From Trichinella spiralis (taxonomy: Eukaryota), in NCBI RefSeq assembly GCF_000181795.1, contig NW_003526943.1:6271857-6291856 (forward strand): a stretch of 20,000 nt of DNA, written 5' to 3'. Below, piece after piece: positions 1-12,145 of the stretch. A program made the translations under genes and the position numbers. The notes below the pieces were generated by a model. That model had not been told where the DNA came from. It did not search any database and saw nothing but the letters and a program-made list of their open reading frames with translations. Within the stretch, counting starts at the first letter, position 1, and each line of letters opens with the position of its first letter.

Positions 1-280
1 TTTTGTCTTTCAAAAATTATTATATAGCTTGTTCTTTTTTATACAAATGAACCTTAGGCAAGTTAATTATTATATTTCTATCTTAATAATTAATAATGAA
101 AATTTTGCTCAATAAATAAAAATGAAAATCAAATGATATAGACTTGTAAGCTTGAACAATATATTTTTAATTAAAAAATGAAAAACAAACAAATAAACAT
201 GGCTTCAGTAAATTTTAATGTGTATATTATTAAAACAATTAAAAGTATGCATTGGACATTGAATAAAATTGAATACTTAC

Positions 281-3200
281 TGAAGGTTTTTCTGGATCAT
301 AACAATACAAATCTACTGAACCATCCAACAGCGCATACCAATTACTGCTGGGTTTTCCTTCGCAGAAGACTGAAATGTTCATCCACATGTAAACAGAATT
401 AATTCGTTTATACATGCATATATGTGTGTGCGCGCATATTGTATTTTAAAATAAAAAAATTCTAAATAATAAATTTAATAAAATTATAATAATAAATTAT
501 TACAAAGTAGCATACTAAATAAAAAGATAAAAGTAATAAAATGAATGAATAGATTTGAATTTATCAATTCAGAATGTTATTAAGAAAACGTCGCTTTGCA
601 AAATTGTAAAAATAAAAATCCAACTTTTGCAATAAATAATTATTGTAATGCAATTTATTGGAAAATGAAACATCAGAGTTATTTTGAAATTAAAAAGCAA
701 TGCACGTTTTAATAGATTTGAAAAAGTTAAATAAAATTTCACAATTTCAATGCGTTTATTGAACATTTCAAATTACCATGTATATTATAAAAAATAAAAA
801 ATCCAAAGCATTAATTTTAATTAATAAAATTTGAAATCTTTAATAGAGTTATTTCACTTTAAAGCCAATGTTTATTTTCAGTGAGAAAATGAGAACAATT
901 TACTTACGAACAATGCCGGCATCAAGTTCTTCATATAAGCCGCGGGAGGCTAGCAGTTCCACTAATTGCTGGCTGAAGTGCTCAAACGCTGCAACGCCGC
1001 GTATTCGATCAGCTACTGAATTGCAGTCGGCATGGGAAACTTTTTTGATGCTAATAAAATAAAAAATTATAAAAGCTTCTTCTTTTTCGAAAGTTACTAA
1101 AGCAAGCAGTTGGCTTGTTGTCTCATAAACCAACAACAACAACAAAATTCCACTATAACATCATCAATGTTCGTATCCTTACCTCATTTCACTACATCTA
1201 TCAATCGATTTTATGAAAATTCATTTCAATATGGCAAGTGAGAATTGATAATAGCAATAAAGGTGTTAAGAATAAAATTATTAAAGCGGGATTGTAAATT
1301 TCATAAAATTGTCAAAAAAGAAAAAGAAGAAGGAGAAGAAGAAGTTGATTAGAAATGTGAAAATCATTGAAACGCCAATTCTTTGCATAGGAGGTTACAA
1401 TGCTACAATCGTATATAAATTTTCACTTTACCAGAAGGTTGTCTGAATAAGAATTGATTTTAATACGGCAACATTCATGGGAGAGGGGAAGCGTAGTTCA
1501 AGAAGATCGCGTGGTTTCGATTAATGCATCAGTTTGAATCAATAAGCGAAATTTCCTCCCTTCTGATCTTACCATCACTTCCTATCATGGTTCCATTTAA
1601 GCTTGAAAACAGAAAACAATTTTTTACCTTCCTACATGCACATTTCTCTAATATCCACATACATATCAATATGTAACAATAGTTGAATAATAGAAGAACA
1701 AAAAGATAAAGCAACCTGCAATAATGCAGAATGGTAAATTTTAAAATTGATTAATAAGTAAAAGTTAATCAATGACAATTGAATGCATGGTTTTCATAAA
1801 AACAATTCCAATTCTGTATATTAAAAATAAAAATAATTAATTTCACAAATTAAACTTAAAAGCTGATCAATCGACAGCTGAACTGGTTGATCAACGATTC
1901 AAAGATAAATTAATGAAGAACAAAAATTTTTTAAGATTACAATATTAATATGATTAGCAAAAGTGAAAAAAGTTCACTTCATTGATGGCGTAATTTTATA
2001 CCGCCTTTAGAACTTTGGAATATTGACTGAAAAAGGAAAATCACAGTATTGGAGCCATCTTACGACGTGTTCACTCAGTCAGATTTGGCAAACGTCATTT
2101 TCTCAAAGGATTAATTTAATTTTAGCATTCAAACAATATCCACCACTATTGACAACTGTAATTCACAAAACAGTTTGCATGATTATTCTAATAGAATGTG
2201 ACATTGTTTACTTTATGATTGAATTTCTAAGAAAATAAATAATCATGAGCAAAAAATTATCTCTTCGTGCAATTACTTAATACTGGCAAAATTTTTAATA
2301 TACTGAAAAAATGTATGCAAAATATGAAAGACATACTGCTAAAGAAATGCATTTATTGTTCAAATTTTCATTTACAACAACTTAATTCTGATTAAATAAT
2401 AATTAACAATAAAATTATTAAAATAATAAATACAACTATTATATTATTATTCATATCACCATTATTTGTTCTGAGATGTTTTTAAGCATAATAAAATGAA
2501 AAATAAAAGTTCCTGACATATATAGCAGTTATCATATTTTGTGAAGCAACAAGAATTGAGCAACAAAATTGTGAATTTTGTGAAGCTACAAGAAATAGTT
2601 TTCAGTACTTCCAATAAAACTTCAAGCATTATCAATGCGCTTCATTAATAAGAATTAAAAATTTTATGCACTAAAATTTGTACAATTATCTTTTTGTCAT
2701 TTTGAAGATAAATTTATATATTCTTTACTGCAAACTTCTAATACAACTACGGTCATATATACTAGTTAATGTTGCGCATAAAAATATAATATTGATATTA
2801 TAAACATAACTGCTGCATTTCTATTTTTAAATACGAAATAAATGACTAAACTTAGTAAATACGTAAATATACGTCAAATGAATTTTTAGAAGTTTACCTT
2901 TGAGCTAATAGTCAAAAACTTTATAATTACATGCCTATCTTAATACATTATATTTTCAATTTCTTAAAATTGTGCATATTTTTCAAACATATTTATAATT
3001 ATTAAACAATAAAGAAACAATGTGTTTTCTAAACAGCTTCAAACTTTTAACTGAATTTTTCAATAATTTTTATCGACTTAAAACATTTAAAATGCAATAA
3101 ATAAATGAAAAAATTGTTGAAGTGAAAACATTAGAAAATCAAAATGCTTCACAACAATATTTCTTGTATTATTAAAATTATAAGTGACTTGATGCTCTAC

Positions 3201-3715
3201 TTTATTTTTCAAAATTAAAGTTGTTGTTGAATTTTTTATAATTATAATAATATGCTTTGCAAAGAAAATTATAAACATTATCGAATTCACTTGTTAAATG
3301 ACAGGACTGCTATTTAAAAATTTCCTGAAATAAATGCAAATAATTCGTAATTTCATTTCAGCTTATCCATTTTGAAAAAAATCCTTTAAATATAAAATAC
3401 ATAAATATCGCATTTTAAATTTAAATTTCATTCTCTGTTCTTCAGTTTTGAGGTACTTTTTAAAAAGATTTCTATTTTCAATATTTAATATAATAAAGCT
3501 GAATTTCATTTTATGCTTTTCCTAGATTCTCATTTATTAATACATTGAAAAATTGTGTAAATCAAAAATGCTTACCTTTTAGAGCAAGCCCTTTTGAAAG
3601 CCATTGCAAACAGAGCTGTTTTGAAAATGTTCTTTGTTTTTGGTGGCATGGCTTGCTCATCACACGAATTTGACTTAGGTGACGACATGTAAAGTTCCTT
3701 TTTCAACATGCTCAT
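281..3715 (-). CDS. epac-1: Rap guanine nucleotide exchange factor EPAC (RAPGEF4/EPAC2-like), 5' portion; spliced, gene continues off the left edge of the window
   Basis: Exon 1050-908 (ttttattag/ ... /gtaagt) joined to exon 369-281 (tttcag/ ... /gtaagt) reads IKKVSHADCNSVADRIRGVAAFEHFSQQLVELLASRGLYEELDAGIVLFCEGKPSSNWYALLDGSVDLYCYDPEKPS. By eye this matches the N-terminal CNB-A domain of EPAC2 (recalled as RLKEVKAFEKF...[33 protein letters not shown]). Splice phases are consistent. The best first coding exon is 3715-3576 (MSMLKKELYMSSPKSNSCDEQAMPPKTKNIFKTALFAMAFKRACSK, phase 2, AG/gtaag donor, in-frame stop upstream); this exon is less certain than the two CNB exons. Confidence 0.85.
2536..2594. 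repeat. Short imperfect direct repeat in EPAC intron
   Basis: ATTTTGTGAAGC(A/T)ACAAGAA occurs at 2536-2555 and 2575-2594. Confidence 0.6.
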
Positions 3716-5015
3716 TATGAAAATTCAGACAATCCTTTGTGATGCACAAAATATATAATACAATTCAAGAAATTTATTTACAATTCTAAGTCAACAAAAT
3801 ACAGAGAAAACATAATAAACTGAGTTATAATGTAATGCCAAAATTCATGCGCGTATATTGTTCCTCCACGCAGATAAAAAGGATGCAATTTTTTTACATT
3901 AAAAGATTTTGTTTAATAACATCAGTTTATTCATCTAAATATGTATATGAACATTCATTATTGAAACACTGCATAAAAGTTATTTTAAAATACACTGAAG
4001 ATGAATAAATATTTATCATTTGCTTTGCATTATTTTAAAAATTTATTTAAAAGGTGAAACATTTTTAGTAGTTTCTTAAATAAAAGTAAAAAACTTATAA
4101 AAATTTACTTATTATTAGAAAAAATGCTGCAAATAAAAATGAAATAACCTATTCATCATTTCAACATTCGACAGCAGTTTATTTTAAACTACTGCATAAA
4201 AAGTTTAACTCACAAGTTCAGGATTAACAGCAACATAATTAATATACATGTTTGATGAAAAATAAATTTTCTTAAATTATTTTAAAAATTTCATTTTATT
4301 TTTTGAATTAGTAATTAGTACATGATGATTTCAAATTCAAAATAGTTAGTTACCATTCAAAGCATCCCTCTCATGGAGTAGCGTATGATCATTACTATAA
4401 GTAAAGCTACAGCCAAATATTCATTAAAAGTATATTTATTTATTTACAAAACATAATTTACAGAACATCTTCAGTTTATAGAATGCTTCACAAATGAATA
4501 AGTTTTAATGTTTACATAAAAACTCTAGCTATTCAAGCTTAACCTTTTGCCTTTAGTTGTTCTGTACAGTACTAACAAATTGATATAAAATAAATCATTT
4601 ATTATTTAAGCATAATTTGAACCTACTTATAACATGATCAGAATTATCATTTAGATATTTATTCATAAATTTACATCACACTCCGTTAAGATTTAAAAAA
4701 TAAAAAAGAATATCTTATTCAATTAGCCTTTAATCATTTTATAAATGTTTTTTAAATCATCAGTTTATCATAAATGCTATATTAAAGAAAATGGATTTTT
4801 ATTTGCATGTCAAATTTGTTTAAAAAATGTATCCTATTTTTGAGGAACTTTGCATAAAATAAAAACAGACTATGAAAAGTTCTTCACTTGAGTTAAAATT
4901 GTGAGCAATCAACTGAATAATTGATTGTAATCAAATTTAAAAACTAATATAATAAATGTCTGAATTGCACAAATGCAATGTTACTAATTAAAGCATGCTT
5001 TGCATATTAAAGTGC

Positions 5016-5030
5016 TATATATATATATAT
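5016..5030. repeat. (TA)7 microsatellite
   Basis: Direct read of the sequence. Confidence 0.85.
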
Positions 5031-5553
5031 GTCAATTATTGCATTATCAATAACATTTCAAAGAAGAAGATATAATTATTAGATAAGTGCATTATTGAGC
5101 CAACAGTAATGAAAATGGTCACGCATTAAAACAGTCAAAAAAATCAACATGCTCTTAAAAAAGCAGCACCTAGCAGAATTCACAAATCACTTTGGTAGCA
5201 AACCAAACAAATTATGTGCACAAATAAATGCGATAGTAAAATGTCTTACTGTTGGTACTGAAAAATAAAATGCACAAATATTACAATGTATGGCAAACTA
5301 CATTACTGAGGTAAAAATGAAAATTTAAACTTACCTGAGACTGCAAACAACCATTCCAAATTTTTGCAGGCTACGGATATTCTGCCAAAATAATCAAACT
5401 TGCAGCAAATTACGTTTCTCATGATAACAAGGCAGCATAAGTGAAATTGCAGCTGCTGTTGTTATACTTTTGCGGTAGCGTTGTATTTATACAGATGTCT
5501 AACAATAGTTCATTACAGTGATTATAAACAAAACAGAACGCAATCGCAACTTT

Positions 5554-5556
<3 letters not shown>

Positions 5557-5598
<42 letters not shown>
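5557..5598. repeat. (AT)21 microsatellite
   Basis: Perfect dinucleotide run. Confidence 0.97.
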
Positions 5599-5601
<3 letters not shown>

Positions 5602-7450
5602 AATCTAAAATACCATGAATTAATTTTATTTTTTATTTAAAAATTTAGGCATGTTTATTTAATAACAATTTATTAATAAATGGAAACATTGTCCTTCAGC
5701 TGTTGTGAGCATTTTATATTAGGAAAGCATGAATTAACTTTATGCTAGTACAAAATGCATAATTTTATTCAAGATTCATGATATATAGATGAGATTTTCT
5801 AAACAGAAATATACAAAGGACATCAGTAATATAATAAATGCATCAAAAGTACAGAAATGCTAAATTCATTTTGTAGATAGTTGAATAAAGCATTCATTAT
5901 AAATAGTTGTTTAAATAATGTACGATATGTACAATATATTAATCAAACAGTCATGAATGAATAATGCAATGTATAATATTTAACTGTTACATATGGCATG
6001 TTTCTTACAAGAAAATCATATTTGTTGCTGCATAAATTTATTTAACTCTATTATTTTTTATTAAAGAAAGCCATGACCATATTATAAACCATTTTTTAAT
6101 CAACTGCTAATTAAGCAATTACATAAAAACGTAAATAATAATAATTTTTTATTAAATAACTTCATGTCATTGTTTTAGATAAATAGTAAGCATACTGAGA
6201 CAACTACAGCTAACTGCAACGTTAAGCGTAAAGAAGTTTATTAATATTTTTTGGAACATATGGAAACTAAGAAACATACTTAAAATAAAATAGCCTTTCA
6301 TTGTAATATATTAATTGCAATAAATTGAAACAAATATGAATGATCAGTAGACAAAAATGCCAAAATATATAAATTATATGTTCTATAATAGTTGCAATAT
6401 ATATAATTGTCTTCCCTACAATTACTGTAACAAAATATGCAGAAATTCTATTACTAACAGTACTGCTTAATAATTTCAAAATGTCAAAATAACAAAACTA
6501 CAGACCAGAAAAATAATTTCAAAACAAAATAAAAGTGAAATAATGATAATATAAAGCTCTAAAACATGGAGAACATGAAAAAATCTAGATAAATAAGAAA
6601 TAAAAGATCAGTTTATTGAAAATATTTACTGCTTTTTAAGAAATAATCTCAGTGACAGCTGAAATTTATTAGGTAACATTAAAACTTGATTCTGAGATAC
6701 GGTAAATTTTCAAAGTTTTAAGTATGAGTGGTATGTATACTAGGAGATACAATAGCTGTCAGTAGATTATTACGGCCAGTAATGTCTATAATGGTGTCCT
6801 CTCAAATAAAATCATTGTAAGAGTAACAGTATTTGAATGGTGAGAAAGAGGGATGAAAATGACTGAGGAAAACACTAAATTATAGCTCACCATAGTGATT
6901 ATAGTTCAAACCAATAACTACTGTCTATAAACTGTCTTAGCGGAAGCAAAAGCAGCAGATCAGCATCAATGTCTAAATGAAATTAAAATATGGAAATAAC
7001 AACTCTGGCCTTAGACAAACTTTGTCACCATAGACTCCTTCAATGTCCAACCATAAACTTCAAGCTTGTACATAATTTATAAATATGAAATGTAGATGTT
7101 GCTTTTACTTTTAATCGACAGAAATGTATATTTTAAGGAAAGCTTTATGCAGCTTAGTTATAATTTAGATAATCAGAATGATCTATTCAATTGATCCTGA
7201 AATGCAGCTAATTATAAGAGTAGTCGTGCAGTTAAAACTACCAAAGCAGAAGGAACAGTTGCACATAATAGTGGTATGATGATGCAGGATTATGCAAGTC
7301 TGTCTTTCTCTAAATATAAGATTCATCGAATGGTATATCAGCATAGTCTAGGTGAATAAACTAACTGACTAACTAACAAACAAAGGCCAGAGTGATGGAA
7401 ATGATCAACTCCATGTCAAATTGCCAATAGTATTTACATATCTGGATTCA

Positions 7451-8968
7451 GGTCAAATTGACCCGAAGCCAGAAAAGTGTGATAAATAAGCCAAAATAAA
7501 GTCAAATCATATTAAATTTATTTTTAAAGATAGCTCATTCTTAGCTCTATATGTCTTCTTTAAAAAGCTTTTAATAAAATTAATTTTCACAAAATAACGC
7601 GGAAAAATATGCATAAAACGGGTCTCAGAAATGTGGAGATGTGAGGCAGACGATTTTTGACGTGCTCGGCTGTTTGCGGCAATTTTCATAAAAAGCGATG
7701 GTTTTCACTTCAGCCTATGGTTCATTTATTAGAACAACTGCTGATTTTTTTAGACACATTTATTACTTTTAATTTTCAACCATTACACACACTGATATTT
7801 CTTTTCACCATATCAGCACATGTTGTAGATGAAACTGACATCTCAGATTGCTTTTATATCTCGTCTTATCCAAAGTTTGGCATAAAATATGAAATATAGC
7901 AAAACATGAAATGTTTTTAATGTTATTTACGATCTCATATTGTGTTTTTCATCTGCTAGAATCTGTTCATGGCTAATACCAAAAGACTTTACAAACTCTC
8001 TCCTTTCCTGACCGTTGATGAGCAGCTAGTGCCGACAAGCTGATGAAACACATTTTGTCAGTATCTTCTAAGAAAGCCTAGAAAGTACAGCATAAAGATC
8101 TTCTGGTGTTTCGAGGCTGGAACATCATATCCTCTGGAAGGTGAAATATATCTTGACCGACAACCTGGACATAAAGTATCAACAAGTGAGGCAGGTCTAG
8201 TGAAGCAACTGCTACGACCCTAGTGTGGAAAAGAAAGAAACACTACAAGAGACAACTTTTTACCAGCGTACAGTTGACTGAAAATCTGTTGGCTCACTGA
8301 ACAACTGTAGTAGGAACTTTGCGTAGAAACCGAAGAGATGTATTATCACAAATGACAAACCAGGGGTGCCAGGCTGGCTCATCAGTGTGCTCATCGTCAG
8401 CTAACAATGGTTAGCTAAATACCAAAACGCAACAAATGCATATTGTCTATGTTGACAATGCATCACGATGATGCTACGAGGAAGATCAGGAAAGGAAACA
8501 CGACACTGTACTGCTTTATAACCAAACCAAATGGGGCGTAGACAATTTTCACCATCTAGTCTGATTGTATATCTGCAGGCAGAGCATTCATCAGTGGCCA
8601 ATGGTCTTTTTAGTTCAACATTTTGGACTGCGTAGGCGTGTGTGCGTGTGTTTGGTGGGACTGCAAACATCCAGAGCGGAAGACCAAGAAATCACACTGA
8701 AGAAGACTCTCTTATGGAATGCGGGACGAATCTTGTGGGAAGCATTTTTCAGAAACTCTGCCACAATCATTGTCTTACTGAATAAGAAAGCGATTGAAGG
8801 CATGGGAATAACGATGATAGAATAGCAACCATCAGCGGCGTCAGAAAAAGATGCGCATTTTGTAACAAAAAATACATAAAGCGCAATACCCGTTGCAGCA
8901 ACTGCAAAACACCCTACTGTAGTTATTTTGTATATTTCCTTTGTCAAAACTGCCATAATAAGTTTTGA
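7451..8968 (+). mobile_element. Degenerate piggyBac DNA transposon (transposase pseudogene)
   Basis: Manual translation from about 7960 gives LTVDEQLVP**..FCQYLLRKPRKYSIKIFWC..TSYPLEGEIYL...RNTTRDNF/TSVQL..TTVVGTLRRNRRD...LTMVS*IPKRNK...LYNQTKWGVDNF...QWPMVF, then a Cys-rich tail RKRCAFCNKK..RCSNCKTPYC..LCQNCH ending at TGA 8966-8968. All three catalytic-Asp motifs are present (VDE 8014-8022, DNF 8251-8259, GVD 8535-8543), interrupted by many stops and frameshifts. The near-palindrome GGTCAAATTGACC at 7451-7463 resembles piggyBac subterminal motifs. No right TIR or TTAA target duplication was recognised. Confidence 0.9.
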
Positions 8969-10673
8969 TTTGAGATTTTCATTTAGCGTGAAGAAGAGGA
9001 AAGGCAGGATGAAAAGAATTGCCGCTTAACTGCACAACAACTGGTATATTTTCCAGTATTACTAGGAAAGGAAGGTATTGTTCTTCTTATTTTGCATATA
9101 CTTAGAATTTAATTTTGAGAAATAATGCCCAGCAGGATTGGGCAAGAACGTTCCCAGATGCTCTCCCTCTTGCAAAGTGGTCACCTAAACACTGGATACT
9201 GAATCATTTGAGCAATACAATCAAAAGATAATGATAACTACACCAAAGGTTAATACTTTTTGTTCAAGTAAAAGTCATGCCAGTAGTACAAGTATGGAGT
9301 TTCATCTGACAACAGAAATGATTCTAGCTAAGTTATTATAGAACAAAAATATTGGACATGGGAAGCATTGGCAAGTCAACCATAAGATGACTCATTTCTG
9401 TGAATGCTCTGTCGAGATTTGCAAGAAACTACTTTTGAGAAAATAAAAAGGATGAAGTTTGAAGTGAATAATTTTTTAAAAGATCATTCTTTTCTACACA
9501 TAGAGATTCATTCAGCAGTTCACGGAAGTTAAAGCTGGATATTTCAATTTGAAATGCAAAGTTTCACAATAATTAAGTTTTTTAGTTATCATTCTAATAA
9601 CTGCACTCAATTCATATATGCTAGAAGAATTACTTAAAAAACTCTGGAAAATGAATTGAAAATGTTTTAATTTTTAAAGCACCAACAATACATTATGGTT
9701 TTCTTAGACTAGTATTGTCAGTGAAATATGATGATGGGAATTGTTGCTCAAATCAAGCAAGCGTGCTGAACTGCAATGGAAAAACAACAATGAAAAATGT
9801 GGCAAGTGAGCTGTTGAATTCATTTGAGAAGCTGCCAGCAGAAATGGTACTTTCTTTAACGGTCGTCAGTGAAAAGTGAATAGTTTCATTTTAGTTTCCA
9901 GAAGGGAAAATTAAAAAATCAAATAAAAAATCGATAATAAAAAAATGTAAATAAATATGGAATGAATTGCTTATTTTATTCAAATGAAATATAAAAGTTG
10001 CAGAAAACTATTATTATTGTCAAAAATATTCCAGTGAGAATTTGTTTCTTTATAAAAACGTTTCTTTTTATAACACAGCATTTTTTTAATACTAGAATTT
10101 GAAGAAAACTTATGAATAACAAAAGTTTTGGATAAAAATTAAGAATTATACAATCTGAAACAGTATTGTATTCATTATTGTGAAATGTTGTTCTTATTTC
10201 AAAAAATTTAAATTTTATAAAATTTAAAAATTTAATAAAAATATGAATTGGAAATTTAAATAAGTATCAAAATAGTAGAATGGAATGGAAAAAAATTACT
10301 AAATGCAAATTTTAAAATCAGCAAAATGAACCTAGTGCAAGTAAACAAGAATGAAGAAATTTTCAACTTTTAGTACACTTATTTGTAATAATTATTAGCA
10401 AATCATAAAATAAAAATACAAAAAGCATGCACAGTTATTTTTAGTTTCAGAAAGTTGCATGCTTCGTTTTTGATCTTAATCTTACTATTTTGTATTTATC
10501 GTCAACTGAATAAATAAATTCTAAAACGATCGCTGCATTCATTTTGGCTGATTTTAGAAGCTTGTTTTTATTTTTCTTTTTGTTGCTTGCATGTTATCAA
10601 AAATCAATATCGGCAAAAATTTCTGACTTTCGTATAGTTGAATTACATTGGCAAAATCAAAACGACCTCGCCA

Positions 10674-11032
10674 GGCGGCGCTTCAGTCGCTGGCTAACTG
10701 AACAACTAAAATTCATACACAAAATTTCAAACAGAGCTTCAACAGCGTGATGGTGAAGTTGGTATGTGCGTGGAAGTGAGACTGAACGATTTTAAAGGGT
10801 AAGTAGATTTTCTTCTTATTTATGACAGAGAAGCATGCTTGTTCTCAGCTGAAAATGAAAAACAAGCTTATGTGTGAAAGCATCTGAAAAATACACGAAT
10901 AACAATTATCAATATGGTGAATAAGTATTTTTGAAAAAAATTGTCAAAGTATGAGCAATATTTTATGCTCAGTAGTTTTCTTGTAGTAAACAACGCCGGT
11001 CGGTTTGATGAAATTCAACGGCGGCGTTCAGT
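10674..11032 (+). promoter_or_regulatory. Putative promoter / 5' exon region of the downstream zinc-finger gene
   Basis: Two CpG-rich patches in AT-rich DNA share the motif GGCGGCG(C)TTCAGT (10674-10687 and 11020-11032). A strong donor GG/gtaagt lies at 10799, and acceptors tttctag (11197) and ttgtag (11216) lie just before the ATG at 11222. Confidence 0.35.
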
Positions 11033-11221
11033 GTTAAAGGTTTTCGTTTTGCTACGCTCGTGACATAGGCAAGCGGCAAAGAGGGCTGGTTTTAATCGCC
11101 GCTCGCCAATCTTAGCTAGCATAGCTGCTTTGTCAGTGGAGCAGATTGGTTGCTTTAAAATTTTCACTTTTGCCTATTTCATTTCAATCATTTCTAGTGT
11201 TTGTCTTCTGTTGTAGGAATC

Positions 11222-11680
11222 ATGAGCCAAGATACAACTGGAAGCGAAGTTTCATCTGGAAGTTTATTTCAACATTGGGTATTCTCTAATAAAGACGAGT
11301 TGCATGAGCAAATGGTGAAATTGAACATGGCAAAGAAAGACGAACGAAAATGGCGCACGCAAAACGTTCTACAGATCCGCTACCATTGTAAAGAAACGAG
11401 AAAGTTTCCGTATTGTGATGCTTACTTTTCTGCAAGATGTGAAGCTGATGGTACTGTAGAGTCTTATGGAGGTGTTGTGCACAATCACAGTTTTCGAAAA
11501 CCAACTACACGGCTGCCATCACCGACACGAGAGAAGGTCTTGCAATGCTTAAAGAAAGGCATAAATGACATGAAGACAATACACAATATTTTAATTAAGA
11601 AAGGATGCGATGTATCTGAAGGGCAACTTCGTCACCTTGTTTATTACCACCGCCGAAAAGAGTTGAAAAAACCATCTTAA
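11222..11680 (+). CDS. 152-aa protein with a Mutator/FAR1-like (WRKY-GCM1 fold) C-C-H-H zinc DNA-binding domain plus helical C-terminus; probable domesticated MULE-derived DNA-binding protein
   Basis: Uninterrupted ORF MSQDTTG...F.NKDEL...IRYHCKETRKFPYCDAYF...HNHSF...RLPSPTREKVLQCLKKG...IHNIL...QLRHLVYYHRRK. The YxC...CxA...HNH pattern followed by a helix bundle is typical of MULE transposase N-termini. An acceptor lies 5 nt upstream of the ATG, followed downstream by a U-rich 3' region and AATAAA at 11809-11814. No DDE domain follows. Confidence 0.7.
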   Translation: MSQDTTGSEVSSGSLFQHWVFSNKDELHEQMVKLNMAKKDERKWRTQNVLQIRYHCKETRKFPYCDAYFSARCEADGTVESYGGVVHNHSFRKPTTRLPSPTREKVLQCLKKGINDMKTIHNILIKKGCDVSEGQLRHLVYYHRRKELKKPS

Positions 11681-12145
11681 AAGAAACGTTTCATTTTTGG
11701 TTTGGTTGCTTTTTTTTAAATTTCTACTGCTTTTATTTACTATCACTTTATTTATACCACTATTTCATGAAATAATTCCATGCTGTGTATATTGCTTTTA
11801 TACTGACAAATAAATCTTCCTTGTAAATCTTTATTTAAATTTATAGAATACTCTATGTTCAATTGAATAAAGCTTTTGAATTTATAAGAAATTATTTAAA
11901 AAACAATAAAGTTCACATTTTTGAAATATGTCATTTAAGCTATGATAAAGCCTGCAGTTTTGCATCTCATATATGAAATTTGATTTTTGTGCTGCTTGTT
12001 TCAAAAGTTGATTTTGTAGTTTTGCATGGTGGTAAAAATAAAAAGTAACTAAAATTTGGTAGAAGTAATTTTGTACTAAATCTTTCATGGGAAAGCTTCT
12101 GAAAATTAAAATTAATTGTTGTATAATGTTGAAAGACTTTACCGT

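Noticed and set aside
1173..1180. GTATCCTT, a U12-type 5' splice site on the plus strand
   Set aside because: No plus-strand gene is evident here; it overlaps the antisense of an ordinary gtaagg donor.
1864..1893. TGATCAATCG...TGGTTGATCA hairpin
   Set aside because: Only about 10 bp and built on the TGATCA palindrome; too short for a miRNA or MITE call.
6760..6900. Faint mariner-like peptide (TVFEW)
   Set aside because: A single short motif with no further transposase motifs or TIRs.
178..7899. Remaining short ORFs in the track (e.g. 178-402, 569-766, 2023-2238, 3087-3290, 6267-6479, 7507-7899)
   Set aside because: I/F/K/N-rich translations typical of AT-rich non-coding DNA, or antisense to real exons; no motifs or splice context.
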